A stretch of DNA of 49,343 nt from Leucoraja erinacea (taxonomy: Eukaryota). The notes beneath the pieces are model-generated. The model did not search any database. It was given only the letters and a program-made list of their open reading frames with translations, and was not told where the DNA came from. The translations under genes were made by a program, and so were the position numbers. This document shows, in pieces, positions 23,644 through 35,889 of this stretch. The stretch covers positions 1,874,658 to 1,924,000 of the forward strand of contig NC_073401.1 of NCBI RefSeq assembly GCF_028641065.1, read 5' to 3'. Each line of letters starts with the position of its first letter. Position 1 is the first letter of the stretch.

Positions 23644-24314
23644 TAACTTCCCCCCTTGATATTATATTAATATTATAATTAATATTTAATTAAGAGAGAG
23701 ACAGAAGGAACTGCAGATGCTGGTTTACCAAAAAAGACACAAAGTGTTGCAACTCAGTGGGTTAGACAACATCTCTGGAAGACGTGGATAAGTGACATAT
23801 TGGATCAAGTCCCATCTTCAGATTTATTTAGCTAGTTCGATTTAAATCCCACAGATGCCTTGGAGGGATTTGAACAGCTCTCTCTGGTTCCCTGCACTAT
23901 CAAACACATAGTTTAGTGAACAGGAAAATTGACCTGTGGAGTAAATGTTAAAATTCCAATTTGGAAAGTATACAATGTGGAAATGTTGTAGTACATTAGT
24001 GGCTTTGGCAGAAAGTGACCATGGGACACTTGGAATCCTCAGCGTCAAAGGTGGATGGCACTGCAAGGTTTGTAGTATAAGAGATCAGTTCCCCATCTGC
24101 TTGCTTCCATTCGCATTCTGGAACCTGATCTGTGGTTCCCTTCAAACTGATTTGTTTGTTTTATAATCATGACACATATCCAAATTGAAGTCTGCAGACT
24201 GTTCATCTAAATATATTGAACCTGGGAACTTTGTCTAACAGCAGTCAGGTTCTGGGACCTTTACAAATGTAGCGTTGATGTCAAATGTATTATAATGGAG
24301 CAGGTCAATGAATC

Positions 24315-24500
24315 AACTCCCCTTCCCATTCCAAAACTGACCTTTTTCTCCCGGGCCTGCTCTAGTCAGCGTGAGGCCAAACGCAAATTGGAGGAACAGG
24401 ACCTTTTATTTCTCTAGATCAGCTTACAACCCAGGATTTGAACATTGCTTTTTTAAATTCCAAGTAACACTTTCATTTGCTTCTTTTCCCCCATCCCCCA
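24315..24500 (+). mobile_element. Degenerate PLE GIY-YIG C-terminal fragment
   Basis: NSPSHSKTDL..GL...QREAKRKLEEQDLLF..SLQP..LNI, homologous to 16210-16370. Confidence 0.7.
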
Positions 24501-24540
24501 CCCTATCCACTCACGCATAGCCCCCAACTGCGCAGGCAAG

Positions 24541-24885
24541 GGTACAGAGGGAGAGGGAGGGGAGTAGAGAGGGACGGGGAGGGGGTGGAGAGGGAGAGTG
24601 TGAGGGGGATAGAAAGGAAGGGTAGAGAGTGAGGAGGAGGAGGGTGTAGAGGGAGAGAGAGAGGGAGGATTGAGAGGTAGAGGGGCAGAGAGGGGGAAGG
24701 GGTAGAGAGGGAGAGGGCGGTGAGGGGGGTAAAGAGAGAGGGTAGAGGGAGGGGGATTGAGAGGGAGGGGGGCAGAGAGGGAAGGGGTAGAGAAGGGAGA
24801 GGGGCGGAGAGGGAAGGGGTAGAGGGAGGGTAGAGGGCAGTAAAGGGGAGGTAGAGATGGAGAGGGGGAGGGGAGGGTGCGGGGC
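24541..24885. repeat. GA-rich polypurine tract
   Basis: Degenerate gggtagagagggag units; explains the spurious Pro/Leu/Ser ORFs. Confidence 0.95.
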
Positions 24886-25567
24886 CGAGCGAGTTGTAGT
24901 TCCTCTCGAGCACGGAGCGTGCGGGTCAGCATTTTTTTCTTCAAAATGGATGAGCTTGAAGAACTAATTTATTTTTTAAAGTTTTCAAAAGATTAGTAAC
25001 TTGGGAAATATAGGTTGAAATGCGACGGGAAGATATGTATCGCGTCCGCGGGGAAAATGTCAATCGCATGTGTGAAAATGGGAAGGCTGTGGCCTAGCGT
25101 TTGGAAGAAGATAGAAATTAAGGAGATTGACGGAAAGCTGACACAACCCTAGCCCACACAGGCACAAGAACAAAGGGAAGAGTTTTAGAATAATATAGAT
25201 AGATGTCTCTCAAGGGCATTGGGCCGATACATAAAAGGTTCAATATAAAATTCCCAGATTCTACGGGGGCACTCTCTAGTAGACTGCTGTGACAATTTTT
25301 GTATGACTGTGGTCCGTCTGATGCAATTAATGTTAAGTTGACGGTGGTTTTGTTCCCTGGCACAGTGCTGACTGGGATTTAAACTTAAACTGTCTGAGCC
25401 CATTTCATGTCAAAATTACTTTTATCAGAGATCGGCCAATCTACCAACCTCGATTCAGAGTCTAATAAGCCTGTATATCAACCCACGTATCAGGTCCTCC
25501 TTCTTAATGCCATTAAGTGGAAAGAAATCACAGAATTTTCACGGCAATAAAAACAAATCAAAGATTT

Positions 25568-25573
25568 TTTAAT
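25568..25573 (-). other. Candidate HSPB8 polyadenylation signal (ATTAAA)
   Basis: ATTAAA about 300 nt after the stop codon, followed by T/GT-rich sequence; not confirmed by transcript data. Confidence 0.35.
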
Positions 25574-25874
25574 CAAAGATGTATTCAAAATCAACAATGA
25601 AAGGCTTTTCTTACAGGATTGGTACTGAACCTGTCTCCTATTTTACAGCATATAAAATACATGCTATTGTGCAGGAAAACCTACAATCAATACACAGTCT
25701 TCTCATATACAAAATATACCAAAACAGATCAATATCTTCCGTAAGACTATCTAGAAGTATCAAAGTAAAGAAACAATGATTTATATACAGCCCTTGTCGC
25801 CTCATATAAAAGTAATAACCCCCTGTTTTTAGGCACATTTTATATTTGACAGGTCATTTCAGAGTCAGTTAAGA

Positions 25875-26046
25875 TTAAGAAACAGTCTGCTCCTGGCCTC
25901 TCAATCCATTTTCTTCTGCATCGATGCTCATGCTGTCATCCCCATAGAAGTAGCAAGGTGGTCTTACAGGAGGGGCTTCAATGATTAAGACTCCTTCAGG
26001 AGACAAAGATGCAAAAACAGTGGCGGGGTTCACCTCGGTGGGCAGC
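25875..26046 (-). CDS. HSPB8: HSPB8 coding exon 3 (to stop codon)
   Basis: Pyrimidine tract and ctctAG|G; encodes [26 protein letters not shown]...QEQTVS then TAA. Total CDS 400+64+172=636 nt, 211 aa. Confidence 0.96.
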
Positions 26047-26494
26047 CTAGAGAAGCAGAGAAATGAAAAAACATTGATCAAGATTTTCACACCACATCTC
26101 ATATCCCTAAAGTAGTTGCTAGTTAACTCTTTGGCAGTTTATGCTTAATGTATTCAGGACATAATTAGGCCGAAGAAACATTAACATATGTAGAAGATCA
26201 AGGGTGCCCTAGGTATAGTTAATGCAGGTTATTTATTCCTATTGATGAATGGGAAAGGGTTAAGGTTTTGGCACAATCCAAAAGTTGGGGAGTGCATCAA
26301 AAAACTGTTCTTATGCTGTGGTCTCACATTTACTGCCTGAAAGGGTGATGAATCAAAGTGTTAGAGAATCAGAGTGAGTCAGTCAGGGGTTCCAACAGAG
26401 AATTAGAAAAGTATATGGGACAGACTAACTTATGACAGAGTGTAACGAAAATGAGGCTGATGAGAATGCATAACTAGATGAATAGACTAAACTT

Positions 26495-26855
26495 ACCGAA
26501 TAGCGAAAGGTCTGGATAGAATGGATGTAGAGAGGATGTTTACACTAGTGGGAGAGTCTAGGACCAGAGGTCAAAGCCTCAGAATTAAAGGACGTTCCTT
26601 TAGGAAGATGAGGAGGAATTTCTTTAATTAGAGGGTGGTGTATCTGGGGAATTCATTGTCACAGAAGGCTGTGGAGGCCAATGGATATTTTTGCAGTAGA
26701 GATAGATAGATTCTTGATCAGTATTGGTGTCAGGGATTGTGGGGAGAAGGCAGAAGAATGAGGTTTGGGGGGAACGATAGATCAGCCATGATTGAATGGC
26801 GGTGTCGACTTGATAGGAGCAGAATTAGGCAATTCGACCTATCACATGAACTTAT
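26495..26855 (+). mobile_element. CR1 3' fragment in HSPB8 intron 2 (further fragments at ~27160-27280 and ~28270-28545)
   Basis: KGLDRMDVERMFTLVGESRTRGQSLRIKGRSF; 3'UTR agatcagccatgattgaatggcgg. Confidence 0.8.
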
Positions 26856-29800
26856 GTTGGTTTAGTCTCGATGGGCTGAATTACCTTCTTCAGTGCCATA
26901 GCAATTCAATTGCATTGTTGGCAACATCATGTGAAATTGTTTAAGCTTGCCTGAGAAATGCCAGTTTAAATTTAATTTTGGCTTTTTTCTCCCTGTTTTG
27001 TTCCAAGCCTAAAAATATCATTGTTAAAGTTTAAAAAAAAAGATATATTTAATAATGTCATTATCTGCAGCAGCTGGATATCACGTGATCAACTGCAATT
27101 GAAGATGGGACTGATTGGGGTCTACCTTTTGTAAACAATCCCAGATACTTAGAGCATCAGGGGGAAAGGTGGGACAATGGAGTTAGGAGGGGGAGATAGA
27201 TCAGCCATGATTAAATGGCGGTGGAGACGTGATGGGCCAAATGGCTTAATTCTTCTCCTATCACATGAATTTATGAACTTATTGAGAAATTAAATTCAAT
27301 TAGGGAAATCCTGTAGAATGGCCATGGCCTCTGAACCGCTGGAAATTCCAGTAAAATGGCGGACTTCAGTGTTACATTCCGTCCCTTTCCACATGTCCCA
27401 ATACATTTTGGTTGTGCTGCACTGCACTTTATGGGTGCTTATGAGATGCAAATTAATTACCAAGTTACTAAAATTACAATGTAACAACCTTCCAAAAATA
27501 TTTCATTAACTGTAAAAGAATTTGGGATATACTGACAAATGATGCAACATGCTCTCTCCTAATGCGAGTTTTCATACTTGCAGCCATATTAAAATGCGCC
27601 TGCCATTCTCTAGACGATGTGCTTTATAAATCCAAACCCTGCTGAATACCATGAATCAGGTCCGATGTCTCAAGCAAATCTTATATTATTGTTTGGAGTA
27701 TTCACCTCCATTTATTCATGAACAGGGTGAGTACAAGAGTTAGATTGGATCACTAAGGAACTCTATTTAATGCTACGTTTTGATCTGAGTTGACTCTAAA
27801 TCCCTATTTATTTCAAGAACCCCGATCCTGCTTAATCAGGCGCAAATGTGAAATTTAAAGAAGATAACAATTTCTGTGAAAAATGTATTAAACAGAAGAA
27901 TGTGAGGTCATAGATAGTAATATGTTCAATTAAATCATTTTTAGTATTTAGTTTTTAGTTTTTAGCTTTTTTTTAATGTATTTAGCTTCAGTATTAGTAT
28001 TTAAAAGGGATTTTGTTCTTTTGCTTTGGAAAAAAATCTGTTTGCTTGAATGTCGTCAGCTGAAATGTTTTCATCTTCACATCAGTCTTGGCACAAACAT
28101 TCTGTTGGCCTGTTTTGATTCTGAGGGTGATCACAGTATACTCATAGTTGGAGGCAGACATGTCTCTTAGGAGCATATGTTGCCTTCAGCACATCTCTGG
28201 ATTCAACTTACTAAGCTATTGAACCAGATACTTTGAAGTTGCATGGGTTTCTCCAGGTCTTCTGTAACTCATAATTAAGGTGAGAGGGGAACTATTCAAT
28301 AGGAACACAAGGTGCATCATTTGCACACGGAGGTTGGCACATATATGGAATGAGCTGCCAGAGGAAGTAGTTGAGGCAGGTACAATAACATCATTGCAAC
28401 GATATTTGGACCAGTGCATAGATACAGGTAGGAAAGGTTTAGAGGTAGATAGGTGAAAAGCAGGTAAATAGGATAACCTTAGACAAGCAGTGTGGTCAGC
28501 CTGGAAGCATTGGGTGGAAGGGCCTGATTCTGTGTTGTATGATCATAAGAGGCTGACAGACCAGCAAACCTCTGCAGAGACAGAAAGAACCCCTAGGAAA
28601 TGTTACATTTAGGGGAGACACAGGAAATCAAAAAGGATTGTTAAAAAAGATGTTCAAAACAACTTTCCAGTATCTTTTTCTTTGAGTTATGAGACAAAAA
28701 AAACCCCACTGGGGTTGAGACATGATAGAAACTATAGTTATGAGGAGAAATGTCATTATTGGGGTAATGACTCCATGAGTAGAGATTACCAAGAGAACAT
28801 GCATACAGTACATGGCTCATGGACTTTACAGTCAAAGTAAAACATAGTTTGAATCTTGTTTTGTTTTGAAGTATGCAATATTGATATCTAAATCCTGTTG
28901 ATGTTCAGCTGCACCTGACGTGGATACGAAATCAATTTTATACATGGGTCTCTGGACTCTCACTTTCCTTAAATGTTTATAGCTGGTTAATTTGATTTTT
29001 TTGTGAAAACTGTGTGTCTTTAATAAACGCTTTTCCAGAGATTAATAGGTTTTATTATTTGGAAAGCAAATTGTATAAATGTATTTGATGACAGCCTATA
29101 TTTCAAACGCCGAATGTTGAATGTCATTTATTAAAACTCTTCCAGTAAAATTGTGTTTACACCAGAATTGCAGTGCATAAATTGGCAAAGTTCACAGGGA
29201 AAATGAACAACTTTCCTCAAGGGTGTATTACATCAGTGAACAAAATTTGGACCAACCTTTCTGTTTATGACAAGCAAAACTAAAATTTTGAAATGTACAA
29301 CATCATGCATTTCATGGGCATGGGGTCATATGGACACGCATGCCAAGTTGTTGCTCAGTTACATTTTATTGCTTATTTTAACGTATGACATAATGAATGA
29401 CAAAATTACAACATATGGCAAATGCTGAAACATATTGCCTACTATATCTGTCCAACATTGTGTTAACAGACCACAATGCTAAGCTCTAAATCAGTTGTTG
29501 AGATACTGCTGAGATACAGATCGTATCCTATCTTTATTTTATTTTCATGATTTTTTACTAGTTTTTCTCATGCTCAAGATAACACACAAAATTCTACATT
29601 TCTGCTCAAATCCTCACGTCTGCAGTCGCAGTTGAAAGAATGATATTCATCATTTTTACTTTAAAAGAAAACGTATGTTGGACTAAACGCTCCTTATTTT
29701 CAACAAAGAGAATAAACTTTGCTCATTAATCTAAACTAATGCTCTATTACGGCCAATACTGATAGAATTAAGTTCCAAAAAAAATTGGGTCCAATGTTAT

Positions 29801-30117
29801 AAAATCAAATGTTTTATGGGTCTGATGTCATCTGTCAAAGAAGCATTTTTTAAATATATACTATTCCTGATTTAGTGCCTACAATGTTAACATATTCGTT
29901 TTTTTTGTTTGAACATTCTCTGCTGATATTTTAACTAATCCATCAGTGCATTTAAAATAAATTGATATAAAAGTGACAAGCTGACAGATCAACTAAACTC
30001 CTACTGCAAACATGGAAAAATAAATTATTGATTGCATCAATATTAAGAAGATTTAAGAATGTGAAAGGGAACCTCAGGATTTAGGGACATCAATTGGAAG
30101 TTTGACTGAATGATGTC

Positions 30118-30220
30118 AAGTCTGAAGAAGGGTCTCGACCCAAAATGTCACCCATTCCTTCTCTCCAAAGATGCTGCCTGTCCCACTGAGTTACTCCAGC
30201 ATTTTGTGTCTACCTTTGTG
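30118..30220 (+). mobile_element. PLE terminal repeat in HSPB8 intron 2
   Basis: agtctgaagaagggtctcgacccaaaatgtcacccattcc...ccagcattttgtgtc. Confidence 0.8.
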
Positions 30221-30585
30221 TCCAATTGGAGTTTTGAACGGATAGTTACGTGGATGCAGTGAGACCATTGTGCTCCAGTTCTGCCACTCTAACTGCCGGT
30301 CAGGGCTTGTTGTGGGCTCCCTTTTGTTAAAACCAATGTGATTTTCCAGAATGATACTACAACTGGTACACTCACCAAATAAGGTCGGGAATTACAGACA
30401 AAGAATCTCAAGTTCATGGGTACTCTCTCTCTGTCTCTTTTCTGGCCCATGCTCAACTTGGACTGACAATGAGAACTTAAAAAAAAAAAACAAAAGGCTG
30501 CCAATCCATTGGCTGACACAGTAAACTTTAAAAAATCACACTAAGTCTGAGCTCTTCGAGGTATTGAATAGGAGTTGCTACTTAC

Positions 30586-30649
30586 TGGATTTTCTTGGTG
30601 AAGTTTTTGGAGACTATTCCTCCTTCTTCTTGCTTTTCTTCATGTTTTC
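30586..30649 (-). CDS. HSPB8: HSPB8 coding exon 2
   Basis: Acceptor ttctcAG|GA; encodes (G)[20 protein letters not shown](Q); donor CA|GTAAG; 64 nt, phases fit exons 1 and 3. Confidence 0.97.
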
Positions 30650-31181
30650 CTGAGAATGAGACAAAGGGAGTGGTCAGGGAAGTATCGAACATGCTCGGTG
30701 ATCTCAACCCACAGAGGAATTTGTCGACATCAGCACTTCCGCTTTGGCCACTTAATTCCGCGATTGGGGGCCACGTTCTCAGCTGCTCTTTGGCCAATTA
30801 TCTATGTGCTCCAACGTCACAATGATGTCTCTTGGGATTCTGATGGCCTGAACACTGGAACAGCATCTGGTTCAACCCACCCATGTTTCAACATCGAACA
30901 TTCTCCAATGCAGAGCAAAACCCACTAACATTATAACACACAGTTGTTCTCTCCTCTCTCACCCTCCACCTGCCTTTGGGGACTGGGTGCATGGGTGTGA
31001 AACTGAGCAAGGATACCTCTTTAAACGACTGTCAAATTTAATGTTTCAACTTTCTCAAAATGAACATACCCCATTGAAAAATATTCTCCAATGATCCACC
31101 ATGAAATACCCAATCTGGCAAATAACTTGTACTATTAGGCTGGCAATTAACTTTTCTCCAATACAACAATCTCCACCAATA

Positions 31182-31333
31182 ATAGATACAAAAAGCTGAT
31201 GAAACAACTTCAGTCTGAAGAAGGGTCTCCGCCCAAGACCCTTTTCTCCAGAGATGCTGTTTGACCCGCTGAGTTACGCCAGCTTTTTGTGTCTATCTTC
31301 GGTTTAAACCAGCATCTGCAGTTCCTTCCTACA
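31182..31333 (+). mobile_element. PLE terminal repeat in HSPB8 intron 1
   Basis: Same repeat; AATCTCCACCA duplicated at the flanks. Confidence 0.8.
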
Positions 31334-31542
31334 AATCTCCACCATCTGATATTGAGTCAGCAAAGGAAAACACAACATTGGAAGCTCTCAGCTGGCCAGG
31401 AAGAAGATGGGTGGCGCCAGGTGATGGGTTAACCAGTCCTGACCTTGGTGCTCACAGTTTAGCTTCAGCCCAAGAGCAGTGGTCTTGCCCACCTCATATA
31501 GTGGGTGAAAGGGCCGGCTCTCCCTCTCAGCCCCCAACTGAC

Positions 31543-31942
31543 CTGATATCTCCACGAAGCTGTCTTTGGTTTTGATGGTGAGCTCCTCTGGGGCGAAGCT
31601 CTGCACGTTGACACACATCTTCCAGGGTTCGCCGGGGCTGAGGCTGGGTGGGCTCCTGGTCTCAGGGTAGCCCGTGTAGCGGGCCGTGTAGTGGGGCGGC
31701 GACGGGCTGCCGGCGGCCGCGGCATCGCGGGCTGCTGCCCCGTTGAAGGACGACCTCAGCGGGCCGGGCCAGGTGGATGTGAGCCTGGGGCGAGCCCAGT
31801 CGGGCCAGTCGGCCGTGAAGTGGTCGGGGAAGGGCGACATGCCGAAGTCCTCCTCCAGGAAGCGAGGATCTCGGAAGGGGTCCCTGGTGCTCCTGTGCCT
31901 GCCGGGGATCTGGCAGGAGAAGGGGACCTGACCTTCAGCCAT
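31543..31942 (-). CDS. HSPB8: HSPB8 (HSP22) coding exon 1
   Basis: Translates [11 protein letters not shown]...RDPFRD...[22 protein letters not shown]...[32 protein letters not shown], matching the HSPB8 N-terminus and start of the alpha-crystallin domain. Kozak GCCATGG; donor G|GTCAGT; 400 nt, phase 1. Confidence 0.97.
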
Positions 31943-32310
31943 GGCTACGCACTCTCTACCCCTCTCAGCTCACCGACCCGCTGCTTTATACTGGCGTTGG
32001 GGGAGGCGAGGACGCCGGCAGTTGTCATCAGTAAAATCTGATCTATGAGCAATGCGCAGGAATGCGGGCCGGCCCGCCCGCGGGAGCGCTATCCTCTTAC
32101 GTGTGCTGACCAAGTTTAGCCATCCCTCGCTTCGCCCTGCCTCCCCGCCGGCTATTTCAAGCAGCGCCGCTCATCCTTGTTTACCAGCCGCCGGCTCCAG
32201 TGGGCGACGATGTGTCCGCTTCATGGACCGCTGCCGGCGCTCGTGTGCTGACAAAAGTACTCACAAACCCGGCACTCACTGCGAAAAGTACCAAACACTT
32301 CAACTTGGGT
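31943..32310 (-). promoter_or_regulatory. HSPB8 proximal promoter / CpG-rich region with candidate TATA box
   Basis: CpG-dense sequence continuous with exon 1; TATAAA on the minus strand at 31985-31990, about 45 nt upstream of the ATG. Confidence 0.55.
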
Positions 32311-32312
32311 AA

Positions 32313-32622
32313 AGGGCCTGTCCCACTTACGCGGCTTTTACAAGCGACTGCCGGCACCCGTGATAGGTCGCCGAAATTTTCAACATGGTAAAAAATCAGC
32401 GGCGACCAGAAAGACGCCACGACTCTTTGGAGACCTCTCCACGACCGTAGGAGAACTCTCACCACCATGCAGCCTGTATGGTCGCAAGAGGTCTCCTATG
32501 GTTGTGAGAGGTCTCCAGAGCCTTTCTGGTCGCTGCTGAATTTTCCACATGTTGAAAATTCCGGCGACCTATCACGGGTGCCGGCAGTCGCCTGTAAAGG
32601 TCGCGATAGTGGGACGGGCCCT
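32313..32622. mobile_element. PIF/Harbinger-type MITE with long terminal inverted repeats, just upstream of HSPB8
   Basis: AGGGCCTGTCCCACT...AGTGGGACGGGCCCT; about 100 bp of inverted similarity; TAA/TTA flanks. Confidence 0.85.
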
Positions 32623-33029
32623 TTACACGACCGTCTGGCCACATTGTCCCCGTCTCTACCAAAGGGAACGAACTGCAGATGCTGGTTTACACTGAAGATA
32701 GACACAACATGCTGGAGTAACTCAGCGGGACAGGCAACATCTCTGGAGAGAAGGAATGGGCGATATTTTGGGTCGAGACCTCTCTTCAGACTATATTATA
32801 CTCTAGTATAGATACTATCATATTATACTTGAGTTTAATCAGGCCAAGTACAAGTGAAGTGCAAAGAGAAAAATACCGAATATTATATAATCTGCGGAGA
32901 TACTCCAGCATTTTGTGTCTATCTTCAGTGTGAACCATCAGCTGCAGTTCATTCCTATACATGAGTAGTATGGGTGCAGTGTGCAGTGTGACAGTGTGCA
33001 GTGTGACAGAAATCACGAGGCAGACGCAA

Positions 33030-33455
33030 TCAGGAGAGGATGTTTTCACTAGTGGGAGAGTCCAGAACTAGAGGTGAAAGTTTCAGTACTGAAAGACTTT
33101 CCTATAGGGACGGACTTTTCGGCACGGACTAGAAGGGTCGAGATGGCCTGTTTCCGTGCTGTAATTGTTATATGGTTATAGGAAGGAGATGAGGGGGAAT
33201 TTCTTTAGTCAGAGGGTGATTAATCTGGGGATTTCTTTGCCACAGCGGCTGCGGAGGCCAAGTCAATGGATATTTTTCTAAGGCAGAGATAAATAGATTC
33301 TTGATTAGTACCGGTTTCAATGGTTATGGGGAGACGGCAGGAGAATGTGGTTAGGAGGGAGAGATAGATCAGCCATGAATGGCGGAGTAGATTTGATGAG
33401 CCGAATGGCCTAATTCTCATCCTATCACTCATCCTATCACCTTATGACCTTACAT
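33030..33455 (+). mobile_element. CR1 3' fragment containing a ~70-bp insertion of the young CR1 tail (33109-33176)
   Basis: Insert matches 21778-21840; TATAGG duplicated (33103-33108, 33177-33182). Confidence 0.85.
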
Positions 33456-33777
33456 ACAAGGTGCTCCCTGCCTCCCCAAACCGATTTTGATCGTACGACA
33501 GAAATACACAAAACCGCTGGTTATGGGAACCATACCGCCCCACTGGCATCAAAAGCACACACAACGGATAAGAAAGAACAGTCACTCAACATGCAGAGGG
33601 AGAGGAAACCACTTTAGCTGTGTGTTGGGACATACATCAGACTTTTGAAAGGAATATTATGGGAGTGCATTTGTAAGTAAGGTTGTCCGTAAGCTAGGTA
33701 TCCATCACCGGAGGGGGTTTGTATTGCGAATAAAGTCTGTTTTTGAAGTTAAGACATTGAGTCAACCCATTCTTTAG

Positions 33778-34388
33778 TAGACACAAAATGTTGGAGTAAC
33801 TCAGCAGGACAGGCAGTATCTCTGGAGAGAAGGAATGGGTGACGTTTCATGCCATGATCCTTCACTCAGTCTGAAGAAGGGTCTCAAACCAAAATGTCAC
33901 CCATTCCTTCTCTCCAGAAATGCTTGGATAGAGTGGATGTCTTGGCTTGGCTTGGATAGAATGGATGTGGAGAGGATGTTTTCAATAATGGGGGAGTCTG
34001 GAACTAGTGGTCATATTAACCTCACAATTAAAGGATGTTCTTTAAGGAATGAGATGAGGGGAAATTTCTTCAGTCAGAGGGTGGTGAATCTGTGGAATTC
34101 TTTGCCACAGATAGCTGTTGAGGCCAAATCAGTGGATATTTTTAAGGCAGCGATAGATAGATTCTTGATTAGTACGGGTGTCAGAGGTTATGGGAAGAAG
34201 GCAGGAGAATGGGGTTAGGAGGGAGAGATAGATCAGCCATGATTGAATGGCAGAGGAGACCTGATGGGCCGCATGGCCTAATTTTACTTCTATTCCTTAT
34301 GACCTTATGCGGCCTGTACCGCTGAGTTACTCCAGCATTTTGTTTCTATCTTTGGTGTAAACCAGCACCTTCCGTTCCTTCTTACACA
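33778..34388. mobile_element. Inverted PLE repeat pair interrupted by a CR1 3' fragment (~33950-34308, plus)
   Basis: PLE repeat is broken after ccagaaatgc and resumes at gcctgtaccgctgagttac; CR1 reads LDRMDVERMF..NFFSQRVVNLWNSLPQ. Confidence 0.8.
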
Positions 34389-35569
34389 TTTCTTTGGCTA
34401 GATGGGACAATGTGGCTAGACGGTGTCCTCCTTGCTCATCTTACCTTCTCACAATTCTGGAAATTATTGTTGTGCAGTCAGACTACATTTAGATGGATTC
34501 ACAGTGTGACTTACTCTGAGTGGTGCCAGTTTGGGCTTTGGAGTTTGCCCCAACAAGTCCATGCATCATGTTTAAACAGAAAGTGCTGGAAATACCTGCG
34601 GAGAAATGACCTGGCAATATCTCTGTTTATCAAAGAGTCATTGGCCTGAAAGGTCAAGTTATTTCTTCTGCACATGGAAGCTGCCATATGTTCTCCATGT
34701 CATCCTGTGATTTACCCATGAGACTCCTGTTATCTCCTACATCCCAGCAGCTGTGAGTTGGTAGGTCAATTGCCAAGCCTACACTGACCCTGGTGTGGGT
34801 GAGATGAAGAGTCTGGGTATTGATTGGAATGTGGGGGGAAAAGGTTACATTGAGAATGAGACCCGGTCCGATCCGTAACCTGCTTGGGTTTTCTGTGAGA
34901 TCTTCGGTTTTCTCTCACTCTTTAAAGACACAGAGGGTTGTAGATTAATTGGCTTGGTGTAAATGTAAACATTGTCCCTATTGTAGGATACTGTAATGTG
35001 CGGGGATCGCTGGTCGGTGAGGACTTGGTGGGCCGAGGATGGATTCAATGTGCGGAAATGGCCTTCTTTGCTAACTGTTTTGTATAGGTGTTTTGAGAAT
35101 TTAATTTAAATCATTTGTGGTAAATAACTTAGAATATCCCATGGTTGAAAAGTTTTTTCTTCTTCTTAGGCAGTCCTTTGAGAATAACTTGCTTCCACTC
35201 AGATTTTGCGGATTCTGAGGTGTCTGACGAGACCAATGTGGGAACCTCAGACCCTTCTGTCTATTAATTATTGCAATCAAAAGAAAACATGAGGTAGTTG
35301 CCCAATGGATTATAATGAATTTGACCATCATAAAGTAATGTATCTTCTACATTTCAGAAACTCATCATTATATTACAAGGCTAGGAACAAATGAAGCTTG
35401 GTTTTCATGGAGCTAGTAGGTGATCATATTAAACTTACCCATCTACTAACTTTGTTTTGACTTCACCATTTGTCGTATATATTTAGTACATGGAGCCTAT
35501 TTGGAAGAAAGTTTCTCAGAGGTGGGTTTCCTTGAAAAAAAATGGGACCATTTCAGTAGTGTTTGACAC

Positions 35570-35885
35570 CAGAGATATTAAGCTGCTGCCTCACAACTCC
35601 AACAACTTGGGTTTACTCTGAATTCTGACATGCTCTCTGTGTAGTTTGTACATTCTCCCTGTGACTGCATGGGCTTTTTCCATGTGCTCCAGTTTCCTCC
35701 AATATCCCAACACAAAGAGTTGATCGGTTAATTGGCCTCTGTAAATTGTCCCTAGTGTATGGGGAGGGGAGTAGTTGAATCTTGTGTGGTGGCATTTATG
35801 GGAACTCAGGAAAAATAGAGCGGGCATGTGAATGGGTGCCTGATGTTCGGCATGGACTTGTTTCCATGCTGTGGGACTCTGTGAA
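35570..35885 (+). mobile_element. Degenerate V-SINE (partial copies also at ~34700-35045)
   Basis: gctgctgcctcacaactcc head; gtagtttgtacattctccctgtgactgcatggg V-domain. Confidence 0.75.
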
Positions 35886-35889
35886 ACTA

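Larger units (their letters stand above)
23101..25203 (-). mobile_element. Non-autonomous Helitron (spans the gap; may be composite)
   Basis: Minus-strand 5' A|TCTATCTATATTATTCTAAAAC; 3' hairpin GGGACC-N5-GGTCCC (23112-23128) 7 nt from terminal CTAG|T; no TSD; internal (CA)n and GA-rich tracts. Confidence 0.7.

Noticed and set aside
23001-23659. ORFs with CV/HT repeats
   Set aside because: Artefacts of the N gap and the (CA)n microsatellite.
24453-24944. Pro/Leu/Ser-rich ORFs
   Set aside because: Translation of a GA-rich low-complexity tract.
31388-31542. C-terminal extension of the 184-aa HSPB8 ORF
   Set aside because: Read-through into intron 1; homology stops at the donor site at 31542.
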